The notes under the pieces were generated by a model. That model did not search any database and was not told the origin of the DNA. It was given only the letters and a program-made list of their open reading frames with translations. Below, piece after piece: positions 9,813 to 20,259 of a DNA stretch of 64,000 nt. The stretch comes from Candidatus Bathyarchaeia archaeon (GTDB lineage Archaea; Thermoproteota; CALKCG01; B24), in assembly GCA_038870975.1 (NCBI GenBank), contig JAVZJD010000001.1, forward strand, positions 960,001-1,024,000, read 5' to 3'. Both the position numbers and the translations under genes were made by a program. Each line of letters begins with the position of its first letter. Position 1 is the stretch's first letter.

Positions 9813-10679
9813 GTGGAGGCTATGTACGCAGTAGTAGACAATGCATTCAACGGTGCTGTTAAGAAGTTTAGAGCAAACTACCACGTCCACACGCGTATGA
9901 GTGACGGCTCTTCAGAACCACTAGATTACTTTGAAAAAGCAGCTGAAGCGGGACTCGTAGAGATAGGGTTTACAGACCACCTCGTAATACTAGATGATGC
10001 CAGTATAGGTTTAGGCTCTCTAAATGTAGATGAATTAGACTCTTACATTGAAGCGATAGATGCACTTAAGGAGTCCTCTAAAAAAGTGGCTGTTAAGTGT
10101 GGTTTGGAGGTAGACTATACGCCGGGAGGGATTAAACGAGTTGAAGAAATCCTAGAATCCTACGGGAGCCGTTTAGACTACACGTTGATGGGCGTTCATA
10201 TAATCGATGACTTCCACTTCGACACTCCAGAGTCGATTACAACATGGATGAATTTAAGCCAAGAAAAAATCGACAAACTATATGAAAGATACTATGAACT
10301 CGTTCGAGAAGGCGTTGAAACTGGAATTTTCACAGTAGTCGCCCATTTAGATATTGTGAAGAAATTCGGGTTTAAATCATCAAGAGAGTATTTGAAGCAG
10401 GTGGAATCCATACTGGAATCGGTTAAAACACTAGACATGGCAGTTGAAGTAAGTTCAGCGGGGTTACGACACCCAGTTCGAGAACTATACCCTTCAGGTA
10501 GAATAGTAGATATTTTGGCCTTCTTCCAGGTGCCTGTAACAATGGCTACAGATGCTCATAAGCCTGAAGACGTTTCAGCCGGGCTGGAATTCGTCGCTGA
10601 GCTTATAAAGGCGAAGAACCTCCCCCTAGCCATACCTGGTAATGGACTTACAATACTGAATCCACTTGAAATCCTCTAG
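9813..10679 (+). CDS. PHP-domain phosphatase, HisJ/HisK histidinol-phosphatase family
   Basis: YHVHT, GFTDH, GLEVDY, AHLD and TDAH motifs; start uncertain. Confidence 0.8.
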   Translation: MEAMYAVVDNAFNGAVKKFRANYHVHTRMSDGSSEPLDYFEKAAEAGLVEIGFTDHLVILDDASIGLGSLNVDELDSYIEAIDALKESSKKVAVKCGLEVDYTPGGIKRVEEILESYGSRLDYTLMGVHIIDDFHFDTPESITTWMNLSQEKIDKLYERYYELVREGVETGIFTVVAHLDIVKKFGFKSSREYLKQVESILESVKTLDMAVEVSSAGLRHPVRELYPSGRIVDILAFFQVPVTMATDAHKPEDVSAGLEFVAELIKAKNLPLAIPGNGLTILNPLEIL

Positions 10680-10708
10680 CGGAGAACCTTCCCAGCTTAA
10701 ACCGAAAA

Positions 10709-11491
10709 CTACTTCAGAAAAACCTGGGATATTTCTGAAGGATTCTTCGGATTAATCGTTAGAGCAAATGGCCTACCACGATAAGCACTCGTCGAACTAA
10801 CCGTAATCACTCTACCATTATGTTCAGAGTAATACCCTTTTAAGGCTTTCATCGGCTCATGGCTTCTAACAATCCTCTTAACACCCAATCTTCGACAGAC
10901 TTCCTCTGTGACATCTATTCCAAATTCAACGCCAACCCCCCTTCTATTCGGGTATTCCCCATATCCTTCAAAGGGGTCCGACCAGAGAACATCTATTTCG
11001 ACAATTTTTAACGGTCTTCTTAAGTCTTCCAAGCTTGTGATTTTACGCGATACCCCTCCATGAACTAAAAGCACTTCATTGGGTATTACCGCAGCCAAGT
11101 ACAATTGTTCAATAAATGGTTTAAGCTCGCTACGGAAATAATTGACCCAATCTCCCTTTTTCCTAATCGCCTCCCTTACTAGATCACACGGATAAAACTT
11201 TGGAGCTCCATCTTCAGTATAGTCTTCATGGTTACCCTTCAACGCTACAACCCTCCCATGGTATTTTCTCAGCAGTGTAGCCACGGTTTCAATGACTTCT
11301 ACTCCATGTCTCCCTCTATCAGCATAGTCTCCGAGAAAGACGAGGAAATTCCCCTCTTTCTCAGCTATTTTAACAATAGGATCTAGCACACTATAATCGC
11401 CGTGGATATCGCCAAACACTATAATCCGATCGATAATGCTAAGTACTTTCCATGTAAATTCGAATAAACAGGTTCTTGCGGAAGCCAACAA
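10709..11491 (-). CDS. Ser/Thr protein phosphatase, PPP (PP1/2A-like) family
   Basis: GDIHG, GDYADRG, GNHE, HGG, LWSDP and RSHE motifs; true start probably downstream. Confidence 0.9.
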   Translation of the reverse strand: MLASARTCLFEFTWKVLSIIDRIIVFGDIHGDYSVLDPIVKIAEKEGNFLVFLGDYADRGRHGVEVIETVATLLRKYHGRVVALKGNHEDYTEDGAPKFYPCDLVREAIRKKGDWVNYFRSELKPFIEQLYLAAVIPNEVLLVHGGVSRKITSLEDLRRPLKIVEIDVLWSDPFEGYGEYPNRRGVGVEFGIDVTEEVCRRLGVKRIVRSHEPMKALKGYYSEHNGRVITVSSTSAYRGRPFALTINPKNPSEISQVFLK

Positions 11492-11530
11492 TTTAAAATG
11501 GTTACGGTACTCTCCTTAAACTTTACCACG

Positions 11531-12298
11531 TTAGATGAGCATCATAGTCTTCAGAATCCTCTCAACATCTTCCAGTGCCACTGTAGTCTTCAGTCTCTCA
11601 CCCAATAAAATAGATTCATATAGATCGTCGTCAAACCTCACAACTCCATCGATTTTGACTTTAAGCTTTTCAGCTTCTCTTTTGATTATAGCCCAAACTC
11701 TAGGAGTGATCTTATTGGCTATGATCCAATAGCTTTTACCGAGCTTGCTGGCTACGTTTCTGAGAAGCACAGCCGACTGTAGAGATTCAGCCGTAGGATC
11801 TACAACTATAACTATGCAGTCCACAGCTTCCTCTACTCTTCTGCCTACATGCTCTATGCCGGCATCTGTATCTACTAGGACTATTTCATTGTCTTCCAAA
11901 ACCAAGTTCTTCAAAACTATTCTAGTTAAAATGTTGAATGGGCATGCACACCCTTCACCATACTCTCTTACTTTACCTATTGTAACCAGCCCAATCTCCT
12001 CCTCAGAGTATGATATGTACTTATCAGGTAGAAGCTTCAGCTTCACACCCGAGCCAGTTCTAGCTAAAATTCTAGCTACATCAAGCTCCCTCTTCTCAAG
12101 CTCACTTTCATCCATCTTACCGCCAATATACTCGATTAAAGGCGTAGGTGGGTTTACACCAAGAAGCTTAGGGAGGAGAATATTAGATTCATCTGAATCT
12201 ACGATGTAAACCCTATACTTTCCCGTTAAAACCCTCGACATGAGAACTGTTAACGCAGTCTTACCAGACCCACCCTTACCGCAAACCATAATCTTCAT
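11531..12298 (-). CDS. cooC: CooC/AcsF-type nickel-insertion ATPase
   Basis: Deviant Walker A GKGGSGKT, GCACP Ni-binding CxC, DTDAGIEH.GR. Confidence 0.8.
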   Translation of the reverse strand: MKIMVCGKGGSGKTALTVLMSRVLTGKYRVYIVDSDESNILLPKLLGVNPPTPLIEYIGGKMDESELEKRELDVARILARTGSGVKLKLLPDKYISYSEEEIGLVTIGKVREYGEGCACPFNILTRIVLKNLVLEDNEIVLVDTDAGIEHVGRRVEEAVDCIVIVVDPTAESLQSAVLLRNVASKLGKSYWIIANKITPRVWAIIKREAEKLKVKIDGVVRFDDDLYESILLGERLKTTVALEDVERILKTMMLI

Positions 12299-12441
12299 AT
12301 TTTTCTCAACTGTCTAATTGATTGGGAAACCGTTTAAACTTTATGAAAACCTCTAAAAACCACCTTCATCGAGTTGCGAGGGATTAAACTTAGCCGTTGA
12401 TTAAGGTGTTAATCTTAAGAGCTCCCACAGCTACTTCATAA

Positions 12442-13434
12442 GTGTCTCTTATGAAGGCTAAACGTGTGGTTTTTCAAAGCAAAGGTGTTGTTAAAGTTGA
12501 AGATTTTGAAATCGGTAAACCTCAACCCGGCTATCTACTCATCAAAACGATCTGCAGTCTTATAAGCCCTGGTACTGAAACGGCATTTCTAATGGCTCTT
12601 CCGAATACACCGGGGGTCTTCCCACAGTATCCGGGCTACTCAAACATAGGCATAGTTGAAGAAGTTGGTGAAAACGTTAAAGATTTTAAACCCGGCGACC
12701 TTGTAGCATCAGCGGCGGGGCACAGTAGTTACGTATTGGTTTCTAAAGATGAAGCTTTGAAAGTTCCAGAGGGTTTACCAGTCGAAGAGGCGTCTTTTTT
12801 CAACCTTGCAGCCATAGCCTTACAGGGCGTTAGAAAGGGTTTCATAGAGTTGGGGAGTTCAGTCGTAGTCGTAGGTCAAGGTCTTGTAGGACTATTAGCT
12901 ATGCAGTTTGCGGCATTGAGCGGCGCTTATCCTCTTATAACAGTAGACACAATCACCAGTCGTCTTAAGCTTTCAGCCAAACTTGGAGCGGACTACACGG
13001 TAAATCCAGCAGAAGTAGATGCTGTTGAGGAGGTTATGCGTTTAACCGATGGACGTGGAGCAGACGTCGTTATAGAGGCTACTGGAAACCCCGATGCGAT
13101 TCCTACGGCTTTAAACATGGCTGGTAGACTTGGTAGAGTGGTGATCTTAGGAAGTCCTAGGGGGTTGTCAACCGTCAACTTTTACATGCCAATCCATAGA
13201 AAAGGGTTGATAGTAGTAGGTGCGCATTCCAATGTTAGACCGATGTTTGAATCATTGCCACACTTCTGGACCCAGAAGGATGATATGGGCCTCGCTTTAA
13301 AACTTATGGCTAAAGGTAGGCTTAAAGTGAGAGAACTCATAAGTGTAAAACTGCCTGTTGAAAAAGCCCCTGAGGCGTATAGGCTCATAATGGAGAAGAA
13401 GGAGGAAACCCTAGGAGTACTACTATATTATTAA
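12442..13434 (+). CDS. MDR-family (alcohol/sugar) dehydrogenase
   Basis: SLISPGTE, GYSNIG, GQGLVG and GADVVIEATG motifs. Confidence 0.85.
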   Translation: MSLMKAKRVVFQSKGVVKVEDFEIGKPQPGYLLIKTICSLISPGTETAFLMALPNTPGVFPQYPGYSNIGIVEEVGENVKDFKPGDLVASAAGHSSYVLVSKDEALKVPEGLPVEEASFFNLAAIALQGVRKGFIELGSSVVVVGQGLVGLLAMQFAALSGAYPLITVDTITSRLKLSAKLGADYTVNPAEVDAVEEVMRLTDGRGADVVIEATGNPDAIPTALNMAGRLGRVVILGSPRGLSTVNFYMPIHRKGLIVVGAHSNVRPMFESLPHFWTQKDDMGLALKLMAKGRLKVRELISVKLPVEKAPEAYRLIMEKKEETLGVLLYY

Positions 13435-13577
13435 TTCATTTTCATTATAATTTATCTACATCTCTAGTCTACAGACTCATTGTAGGATGACTAGACCAGT
13501 AATCGACTAAGGAAGCCTGAGTATTAAATAAAACTTGGAAAATGGAGAGAGTTTACAATATTGCTGACCGTACTCTA

Positions 13578-14528
13578 TCAAACCTCTAGCGACTTCTTTA
13601 GAAGCTCTAAGTCGATTACACCTGCACTGTATACCTTCCCATCTCTGATATTGTTGACCGTTAAATGGGCTGGACTGAATATGGCTGGATCTATCTTGTA
13701 GAAGTCGTAGCCAGCCTCCTTGAAAATTTCGAAGAAGGGTTTACCGTAGATTTTTGAAGCCGAAGAAGGAGCTTTCTTAACATAGTCTTCTAGATCCGTC
13801 CCCTCGTAGTCCACCGTTAAGAAGACTTGACCTGAAGCTATTATCACGTCGTTCGTCCTACCCATGGCTCTTGCAAACTTAGGATGTATAGGTGCTATTG
13901 GAGCAATTCCAGCACCATAGACTATTTTCTTAGGGTCGAATCCGAGCTCAGTGAGCTTATGGATACCTGTTTCAACGATCCGCCCAGATATCTGTGTACA
14001 TCCAGCTATGCTGGATGTTGGTGTTATCACAGAATAAACCTTGCTGGGATCTACGTGGCATTTATCTGCTATATACTTAAAGACTTCCGCAGAAGGATAC
14101 TTGTCTGTTTCAAATACTATAACCGCTACGTCGGATTCATCCTTATACTGGATTTTACGGTAGAGCTCTTTAGGCTCTTGAGATATGGCTCTCGCCGGAC
14201 CAGAGCCTAACGCGAAAAAGTCTCCAACTTTAATCCTCCATCCCGCGAACTGCGAACCCAGTGTAGCTATACACGGTTCATCTGTATATACCACTACCGC
14301 TGGTAGTACGAGATCGCCATACTTTTGAACCGTTAAACAGGCTCTACCCAGTCCACCCATGCAGATCTCAGTTATCTTTAAACCAGTCTCATATCCTCCT
14401 CTGGCTTTAACGCCAGCATCCACAATAACTCCACCGTTTTCAACCTTCTCCACTTTAACACCGTAGTATTCTGGGTTTGAAATAACTTCTTCAAGTATTT
14501 TTAAAGCCCCTCGGTTTACGCTAAACAT
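13578..14528 (-). CDS. mch: Methenyltetrahydromethanopterin cyclohydrolase
   Basis: ICMGGLG, LGSQFAGW, GSGPARA, QISGRIVETG, AMGRTND and DFYKID motifs. Confidence 0.95.
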   Translation of the reverse strand: MFSVNRGALKILEEVISNPEYYGVKVEKVENGGVIVDAGVKARGGYETGLKITEICMGGLGRACLTVQKYGDLVLPAVVVYTDEPCIATLGSQFAGWRIKVGDFFALGSGPARAISQEPKELYRKIQYKDESDVAVIVFETDKYPSAEVFKYIADKCHVDPSKVYSVITPTSSIAGCTQISGRIVETGIHKLTELGFDPKKIVYGAGIAPIAPIHPKFARAMGRTNDVIIASGQVFLTVDYEGTDLEDYVKKAPSSASKIYGKPFFEIFKEAGYDFYKIDPAIFSPAHLTVNNIRDGKVYSAGVIDLELLKKSLEV

Positions 14529-14645
14529 ACCCTAAGACACCTCGTGGATTATTTCTACGGTGGTCGTATAATAGTTTTTACTTTCAACACTGATAACACA
14601 CTTTATTACAGTAACATACTATCTTATTTCCGGGAGGTTGCAGGT

Positions 14646-15725
14646 TTGAACTCTAGAGAACGTTGCATTAGAAGTATACGCCATGAAGAACTCGATAGGA
14701 TCCCTCTTGTATTTAGAAGTAGGCCTGAACCCTTTAAAGCACTTATGGAGAGGTTTAGCCTCTCAAACGCGGAAGACCTATACAAGATTCTACACATAGA
14801 TATTAGAGGAACAGGTATAGGTATTAAGGGCGGCTATCTTCCTAAGAATGTCGAGGTTAAAGAGGGACCTTACGGGCCGGCTTACACGGTCGGCGAATAC
14901 ATGGGGTTTGAAGTTAGAAGAGACCTATGGGGTGTTGAGAGCATTTGGGCACCGAATAGAACATACACGTATACATACTACAAGCATCCGTTGCAGCATA
15001 TTCCGCTTGAAGAGTACAAGTGGCCTGAAGTATCCGTGGAAGATTTCGATGCGGTGGTTAAAGCACGTAGAATATATGAAGACTACTGTCTCTGTGGGGG
15101 TGTTGAACACATGTGGGAGATCGCTTGGCAACTTGTCGGCTTCAAAGAGATTATAAAGCTCATGTTTACTAAGCCAAGCTACGTTAACTCCGTGCTAGAT
15201 GGTCTTCATAAGATTCGAATGCAGCAGGCTAAGCTCCAATGTGAAGCTGGTGTAGACGTAATATACGATGGTGATGACGTCGGTATGCAGAAGGGTATGA
15301 TGATGTCTCCAGAGATGTGGAGACGCTTCCTAAAGCCTAAGTATAAGGAACTTATCGACCTCTGCCATAGATATGGTGTATTCTTCCACTTCCATAGCGA
15401 TGGATGGATCGAACCGATAATTCCAGACCTTATCGAGATAGGCGTAGATATATTGAACCCTGTTCAACCAGAATGCATGGATCCTGTTAAACTTAAGAGA
15501 CTTTATGGGGATAAGCTCTGCTTCGAGGGGACGATAGGTGTTCAAAGCACACTACCATTTGGAACGCCTGAAGACGTAGCTAGAGAAGTTAAATGGAGAA
15601 TAGAAGAGTTGGGACCTACGGGTTTAATTCTAGGGCCAACGCATGCAATACAGCCGGATACTCCCATAGACAATATAATAGCACTATATGAAGCGGCTTT
15701 GAAATACGGCACTTTTAAACGTTAA
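14646..15725 (+). CDS. URO-D/MtaA-fold protein (uroporphyrinogen decarboxylase superfamily)
   Basis: Likely TTG start at 14646 after GGAGGT (MNSRER..DRIP); GDDVG, FHSDG, LNPVQPE and GPTHAIQ motifs. Confidence 0.85.
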   Translation: MNSRERCIRSIRHEELDRIPLVFRSRPEPFKALMERFSLSNAEDLYKILHIDIRGTGIGIKGGYLPKNVEVKEGPYGPAYTVGEYMGFEVRRDLWGVESIWAPNRTYTYTYYKHPLQHIPLEEYKWPEVSVEDFDAVVKARRIYEDYCLCGGVEHMWEIAWQLVGFKEIIKLMFTKPSYVNSVLDGLHKIRMQQAKLQCEAGVDVIYDGDDVGMQKGMMMSPEMWRRFLKPKYKELIDLCHRYGVFFHFHSDGWIEPIIPDLIEIGVDILNPVQPECMDPVKLKRLYGDKLCFEGTIGVQSTLPFGTPEDVAREVKWRIEELGPTGLILGPTHAIQPDTPIDNIIALYEAALKYGTFKR

Positions 15726-17460
15726 CCTCTTTAATCAGAGGAATAAGCTCACCCTTGTCTACGTCGAACAATCCTCTATCTGTAATTCTGACATGGGGTA
15801 TCACTGGTAATGTTAGTAGACTTATTAAAGGTATGGGTGCCTCCTCCTCTAAACCCAGCTTTCTTTCAGCTCTTCTAAATTCTCTGAATTGTTCAGCGAC
15901 TTTTTCAACAGGCTCCTCGCTCATTAATCCTGCGACTGGGAGCTCTAAAATAGATAAGACCTCTCCGTTTAAAACGGCAACGTAGCCTCCCTGCGCCCTT
16001 CTAAGGGCTTCCCACGCTTTCAACATGTCAAACGGCGATTTACCTAAGATAACCATATTGTGGGAGTCGTGTGCAACTGTCGACGCTATGGCTCCTCCCT
16101 TAATATTCAACCCGTCTATCAATGCTTTAGCCATACCGCCGGTTTTTCCATGCCTTTCGACGACGACGGCTAAAGCATAATTCAGAAGCTGGATGAAGCC
16201 ATTTTCAACTGGAAGCCTATCCTCTCTAAGCCTTGTTTCAAACCCTCTAACCTCTATAATATTCACACGTGCTGAACCACGCTGAACAGGGGCTTTAACC
16301 ATAAAATCTTCAACTTTCAAATCGGCTGTTTTAACCGTCCTCCTAGCCCATTCTGGGAAGAATTTCGGAGCCATTTGAACTATGAGTTTTCCATTTCTAA
16401 CGATCAATTTACCGTTTGAGTAAACATCTACTATTTCGAATTTTTCAAGGTTTTTCAGTAGAATTAAATCTGCGAGTTTACCCGGAGCTATACCTCCTCT
16501 ATCGTAAAGCCTCAAATGTTGAGCTGGTCTAATAGTTGCCGCCTGAATTGCTTCTACGGGGTCTAATCCATTCTCAATGGCGCTCCTCACAATACCATCT
16601 AAGTGTCCTCTTTCAACCAGTAGATCCGGCGACGTATCATCCGTAGCCAGTATAAGTCTAGACGCGGCTCCACTACTTTTAACGGCCATTATGAAATCCT
16701 TAGACTCCGCAAGGTGTCTGCGAATTTTAACCCAAATTCCAAGCCTAGCTTTTTCAACAACCTCCTCCACCGTGAAATTCTCATGGTCTGCTTCAACTCC
16801 AGTCGTTAAATAGGCATTTAAAACCCTCCCCTTAAGCATGGGTGCATGACCATCTATAGGAACTTTAAAAGATAAACCAACCCTCACAATATTCATTATT
16901 CTATTTGAAAGATTCACTACCCCACTGTAATCCATGACCTCGCCAAGCCCAAGAACCCCATCTATTTTAAGCATTTCAACAACATCTTCAGCAGTTATTT
17001 CAGCACCCGATTGCTCAAAGCCAGGTAGGGAGGGTACGCATGTCGGAGCCCAAAAATAGAGCTTAAGGTTTAACCCTCTAGAGTTTTCAATCATGGTTTT
17101 AACTCCTTCAACGCCTAATACATTAGCTATTTCATGTGGATCTGCGACTGCAGTAGTCACGCCGTGAGGTAATACGGCTTCAGCAAACCTCCAAGGGGTT
17201 ACCATACTGCTTTCAATATGAAGGTGTGAGTCTATTAAGCCAGGTATTAGAAACATGTCTTTTCCATCAACTACCTCAGAGGCTTCGAAGCCGTTATCTT
17301 CCCCTACGTAGCATATTCTGTCGTCTAGAATACCTACATTGGATTTATAAACTTCGCAGGTATACACGTTTACTAGGCTTACGTTTTTGAAGAAGATGCT
17401 AAGCCTCCTCTTACCTAATGCGGCTTCAATCAACTCCTTAAACTCAACCATACATTTCAA
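15715..17460 (-). CDS. ade: Adenine deaminase (AdeC type)
   Basis: PGLIDSHLHIESS, DPHEIANV, DGHAP, TDD and STVAHDSHN motifs. Confidence 0.92.
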   Translation of the reverse strand: MKCMVEFKELIEAALGKRRLSIFFKNVSLVNVYTCEVYKSNVGILDDRICYVGEDNGFEASEVVDGKDMFLIPGLIDSHLHIESSMVTPWRFAEAVLPHGVTTAVADPHEIANVLGVEGVKTMIENSRGLNLKLYFWAPTCVPSLPGFEQSGAEITAEDVVEMLKIDGVLGLGEVMDYSGVVNLSNRIMNIVRVGLSFKVPIDGHAPMLKGRVLNAYLTTGVEADHENFTVEEVVEKARLGIWVKIRRHLAESKDFIMAVKSSGAASRLILATDDTSPDLLVERGHLDGIVRSAIENGLDPVEAIQAATIRPAQHLRLYDRGGIAPGKLADLILLKNLEKFEIVDVYSNGKLIVRNGKLIVQMAPKFFPEWARRTVKTADLKVEDFMVKAPVQRGSARVNIIEVRGFETRLREDRLPVENGFIQLLNYALAVVVERHGKTGGMAKALIDGLNIKGGAIASTVAHDSHNMVILGKSPFDMLKAWEALRRAQGGYVAVLNGEVLSILELPVAGLMSEEPVEKVAEQFREFRRAERKLGLEEEAPIPLISLLTLPVIPHVRITDRGLFDVDKGELIPLIKEVNV

Positions 17461-17642
17461 GTATTCTCAACTACGAATTTAAAACTCTTTTTAGAGGTTT
17501 GCCGTACTTGTAGGGCTAGCATTTGTTTAACGCAGTGACGGAGACGTTTTAAATTTAACATTATGTAAAACCCCATACGAGCATCATAAAAACAAAGGAG
17601 TAGTTGGGTTCTGGCTCAGCTAGAATAGTGGAATCGCGTAGC

Positions 17643-18374
17643 CTACCTAATCGGCTCTAGTAAATCTAAAACTTCTCTCAGATTTTTTATAATGAAGTCT
17701 GGTTTAACGTTTGAATCTTCTAGTTTCTCCCCCTCTTTAAACTTCCATATCGCATACATGCCAACAGCCTTAGCTCCTCCTACATCCCTCTTTAAAGAAT
17801 CTCCAATATGTACTGCCTCATACGGTTCAACATCTAATTGATTTAAAGCGTAGTAGAAGATTTCCCTCCTAGGTTTACGCCACGTCGTCAGAGCAGAAGC
17901 TGCTATTGCGTCGAATAAATCGAAAACTTGAAATTTCTTCAAAATATCTTTAAGACCCTCATAGTCCGTAGTATTTGAGATTAAACCTAGTAGAAAACCG
18001 CGCTGTTTAAGTTCTTCTAAAACTTGCGTAGCACTTTCGTAGATAAATGTATCCTCTAGAGATGCCCGTCTGTAGGCTTCGTAAAGAGCTTCTATAAGAT
18101 CGTGGTGTTTCCTCTTAATGCCAAGGTTTAGAAGGATTAAGCTTATCCAATACTTACGGCAGAATTCAACATCCTCATCTAACATTTCAAAATATTCAGC
18201 CACCTTCCTAATGGAGTTTAAAACATCCGCTTCATTCAGAGAATATCCCAACTCTTTAAATCTGACTGTAAGTGCTCCAGCTCTAACTGGGAACCCTCCC
18301 TTAGAGTAGAAAAGCGTATCTCCAGCGTCGAAAAACACAGCTTTAACCTTCAAAGCCACCCTCCTAATAATCAC
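17643..18374 (-). CDS. HAD-superfamily hydrolase
   Basis: FDAGDTL, ISN, KP and HIGDSLKRD motifs; probable TTG start at 18353. Confidence 0.85.
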   Translation of the reverse strand: MIIRRVALKVKAVFFDAGDTLFYSKGGFPVRAGALTVRFKELGYSLNEADVLNSIRKVAEYFEMLDEDVEFCRKYWISLILLNLGIKRKHHDLIEALYEAYRRASLEDTFIYESATQVLEELKQRGFLLGLISNTTDYEGLKDILKKFQVFDLFDAIAASALTTWRKPRREIFYYALNQLDVEPYEAVHIGDSLKRDVGGAKAVGMYAIWKFKEGEKLEDSNVKPDFIIKNLREVLDLLEPIR

Positions 18375-19423
18375 GCATAACTTATAGCTAGCTTAACTGT
18401 TTCCTCCGGTTTTTCATCAATAAGTCTGTACGCTTCAATAGCGTTGTCAAATGGAACAATAGGCTTAAGCATACCTTCGACTTTAAGCATTCTACGTTTA
18501 AAAAGCTCAATAACAGTCGTGTAAACCCTACTTCTCGTCCACCTAGGGTGATCACGATAGGGTTCACTCTCCACTCTAGCACCTGAAACCATAATCTGTC
18601 TATTAAAATGCCACTCTTCACCTAAATCCAATCCCACAGCGTCACCATGATACCATGAAACAGGGACTATATTCCCACCGTAGGCAGTTGACCTTATGGC
18701 TTGATGCAATGCCCTATAAGACCCACTCGTCTCTATAGAAACGTCCACTCCCAATCCTCCCGTAAGCTTTTTAATCTCCGACGCGACGTCGCAAATGCTT
18801 GGATCTAAAACGTGATTTGCACCGTATTTCTCAGATAACCTCCTCCTTAATTCTATAGGTTCAACCGCTATGACCTCTATAGCCCCGGCTATCTTAGCCA
18901 TTTGAACAGTCATGAGACCTATCGCTCCAAGCCCGAATACGGCAACTCTATCCCCCACTCGAACACACCCCTCTCTCACAGCCATGAGTGCCACCGTCGC
19001 CGGGTCGACGCATACAAGCTCTTCATTCTTCAACTCAGGCGGAGCCTTCCAGACGAAGGGGGAATCCTCATCAATGGTATGCGTCTCTCTAGCAGGCAGA
19101 TAGCCGTAAACCCTATCGCCAACTTTAAACTTTGAAGTCTCTCCGCCAGTCTCTACGACAACGCCTACGGTCATATTCCCCACGTGGCACGGGTAAACTG
19201 CGCGTTTTCTCTCCTCTTCTTCTAACGGTATGAAGAGTTTTAAACGGTCATCGTAACGTTTCACGTGAAACGGAGACTTCCCCCTGTAAATCGCTAAACT
19301 CGTACCGTGCTTTTCGGCTGTTAGAATACTTTTAACTCTAATCTGCTTGGCTTTGAGTACTGGCTCTTCATACTCTCTAAACGTAAGGGTTCTAGGAGCA
19401 GTTAACACTAACTCCCTAGGCAT
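18371..19423 (-). CDS. MDR-family dehydrogenase
   Basis: GroES-like N-domain, GLGAIG and GVDVSIETSG motifs. Confidence 0.8.
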   Translation of the reverse strand: MPRELVLTAPRTLTFREYEEPVLKAKQIRVKSILTAEKHGTSLAIYRGKSPFHVKRYDDRLKLFIPLEEEERKRAVYPCHVGNMTVGVVVETGGETSKFKVGDRVYGYLPARETHTIDEDSPFVWKAPPELKNEELVCVDPATVALMAVREGCVRVGDRVAVFGLGAIGLMTVQMAKIAGAIEVIAVEPIELRRRLSEKYGANHVLDPSICDVASEIKKLTGGLGVDVSIETSGSYRALHQAIRSTAYGGNIVPVSWYHGDAVGLDLGEEWHFNRQIMVSGARVESEPYRDHPRWTRSRVYTTVIELFKRRMLKVEGMLKPIVPFDNAIEAYRLIDEKPEETVKLAISYA

Positions 19424-19599
19424 AACTATCGAAGGTTAATATTGAATTCAACAATATAAGTCTACAAGTCTCCCAACATTCTACAGAGTTTTCCCCAAAG
19501 GGTTGAATTTTTCCAATCGTAGAAAGTTTAAACGCTTCTAAAGTAGGATGATGTCTTTATTTCGTTCTCTGCTTATGTAAAGATAGGGTAAATCTGTCT

Positions 19600-20007
19600 T
19601 CACTTAGTCGAAGATAACGGTATTCTTTTGAGGTTTGGTACTTTATCAAAGGCTTCATCGTCTGAAACCACCTGTCGATCCAACGCTAGTGCTGAAGCGG
19701 CTATAAGGCTGTCAAAGTAGCTTAATCCATATCTATCCTCAAGCTCACTCTGAAGCGCCAGTAAGCTTAAGCTCAAGGTTTTCACCTCTTTCACACCGCT
19801 CCGTGTTAGAGCCTCATGCAGGGCTAATAGTGCCATCTTCACCTGAGATGGATTTCTACCACGAGCCCTAAGAACTGCTTGAAACTCAAGTACAGCAGTG
19901 TCGGGCACCATAAGGCCACTAAGCTCTTTAAGTAACCTCATCGCTTGCTTGTGCCTATAATCTCTAGGGCTTAAAGCAAAAAGAAGCTCTGTATCAGCGA
20001 CCGGCAC
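19600..20007 (-). CDS. vapC: VapC PIN-domain toxin
   Basis: ADT..L, E, YFDSLIAA and SDDEAFD PIN acidic residues. Confidence 0.88.
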   Translation of the reverse strand: MPVADTELLFALSPRDYRHKQAMRLLKELSGLMVPDTAVLEFQAVLRARGRNPSQVKMALLALHEALTRSGVKEVKTLSLSLLALQSELEDRYGLSYFDSLIAASALALDRQVVSDDEAFDKVPNLKRIPLSSTK

Positions 20008-20233
20008 GACTCCTCAGCCACTCCTCAGCCTTGACCTCTTCCTCCTCCTCATAGGGCTCTCCTACAACCTCTTCCATCACCTTGTAGGGATCCCAAGGCA
20101 AGGGCTCAATGATTATTCTCTTTCCCTCAACACGGATCAAAACCCTTTGCCCCTGCTTTAGTGCCAATTCCTCCCTAATAGCCTTAGGTATCACTAATGT
20201 ATATCTTCTGCCTATGACCGATTCGTCAGACAT
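19994..20233 (-). CDS. vapB: AbrB/MazE/SpoVT-family antitoxin
   Basis: LVIPKAIREELAL..G swapped-hairpin signature; overlaps vapC start. Confidence 0.85.
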   Translation of the reverse strand: MSDESVIGRRYTLVIPKAIREELALKQGQRVLIRVEGKRIIIEPLPWDPYKVMEEVVGEPYEEEEEVKAEEWLRSRAGR

Positions 20234-20244
20234 AAATACCCCTA

Positions 20245-20259
20245 GTACATAAAATGTAC
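20245..20259. promoter_or_regulatory. Probable vapBC autoregulatory operator
   Basis: GTACAT-AAA-ATGTAC palindrome 12 bp upstream of the antitoxin start. Confidence 0.5.

Noticed and set aside
13578-15725. Evidence for methanogenesis (mch plus MtaA-like gene)
   Set aside because: No mcr, mtr or corrinoid-protein genes in the window, and the URO-D-fold protein lacks the HxC motif
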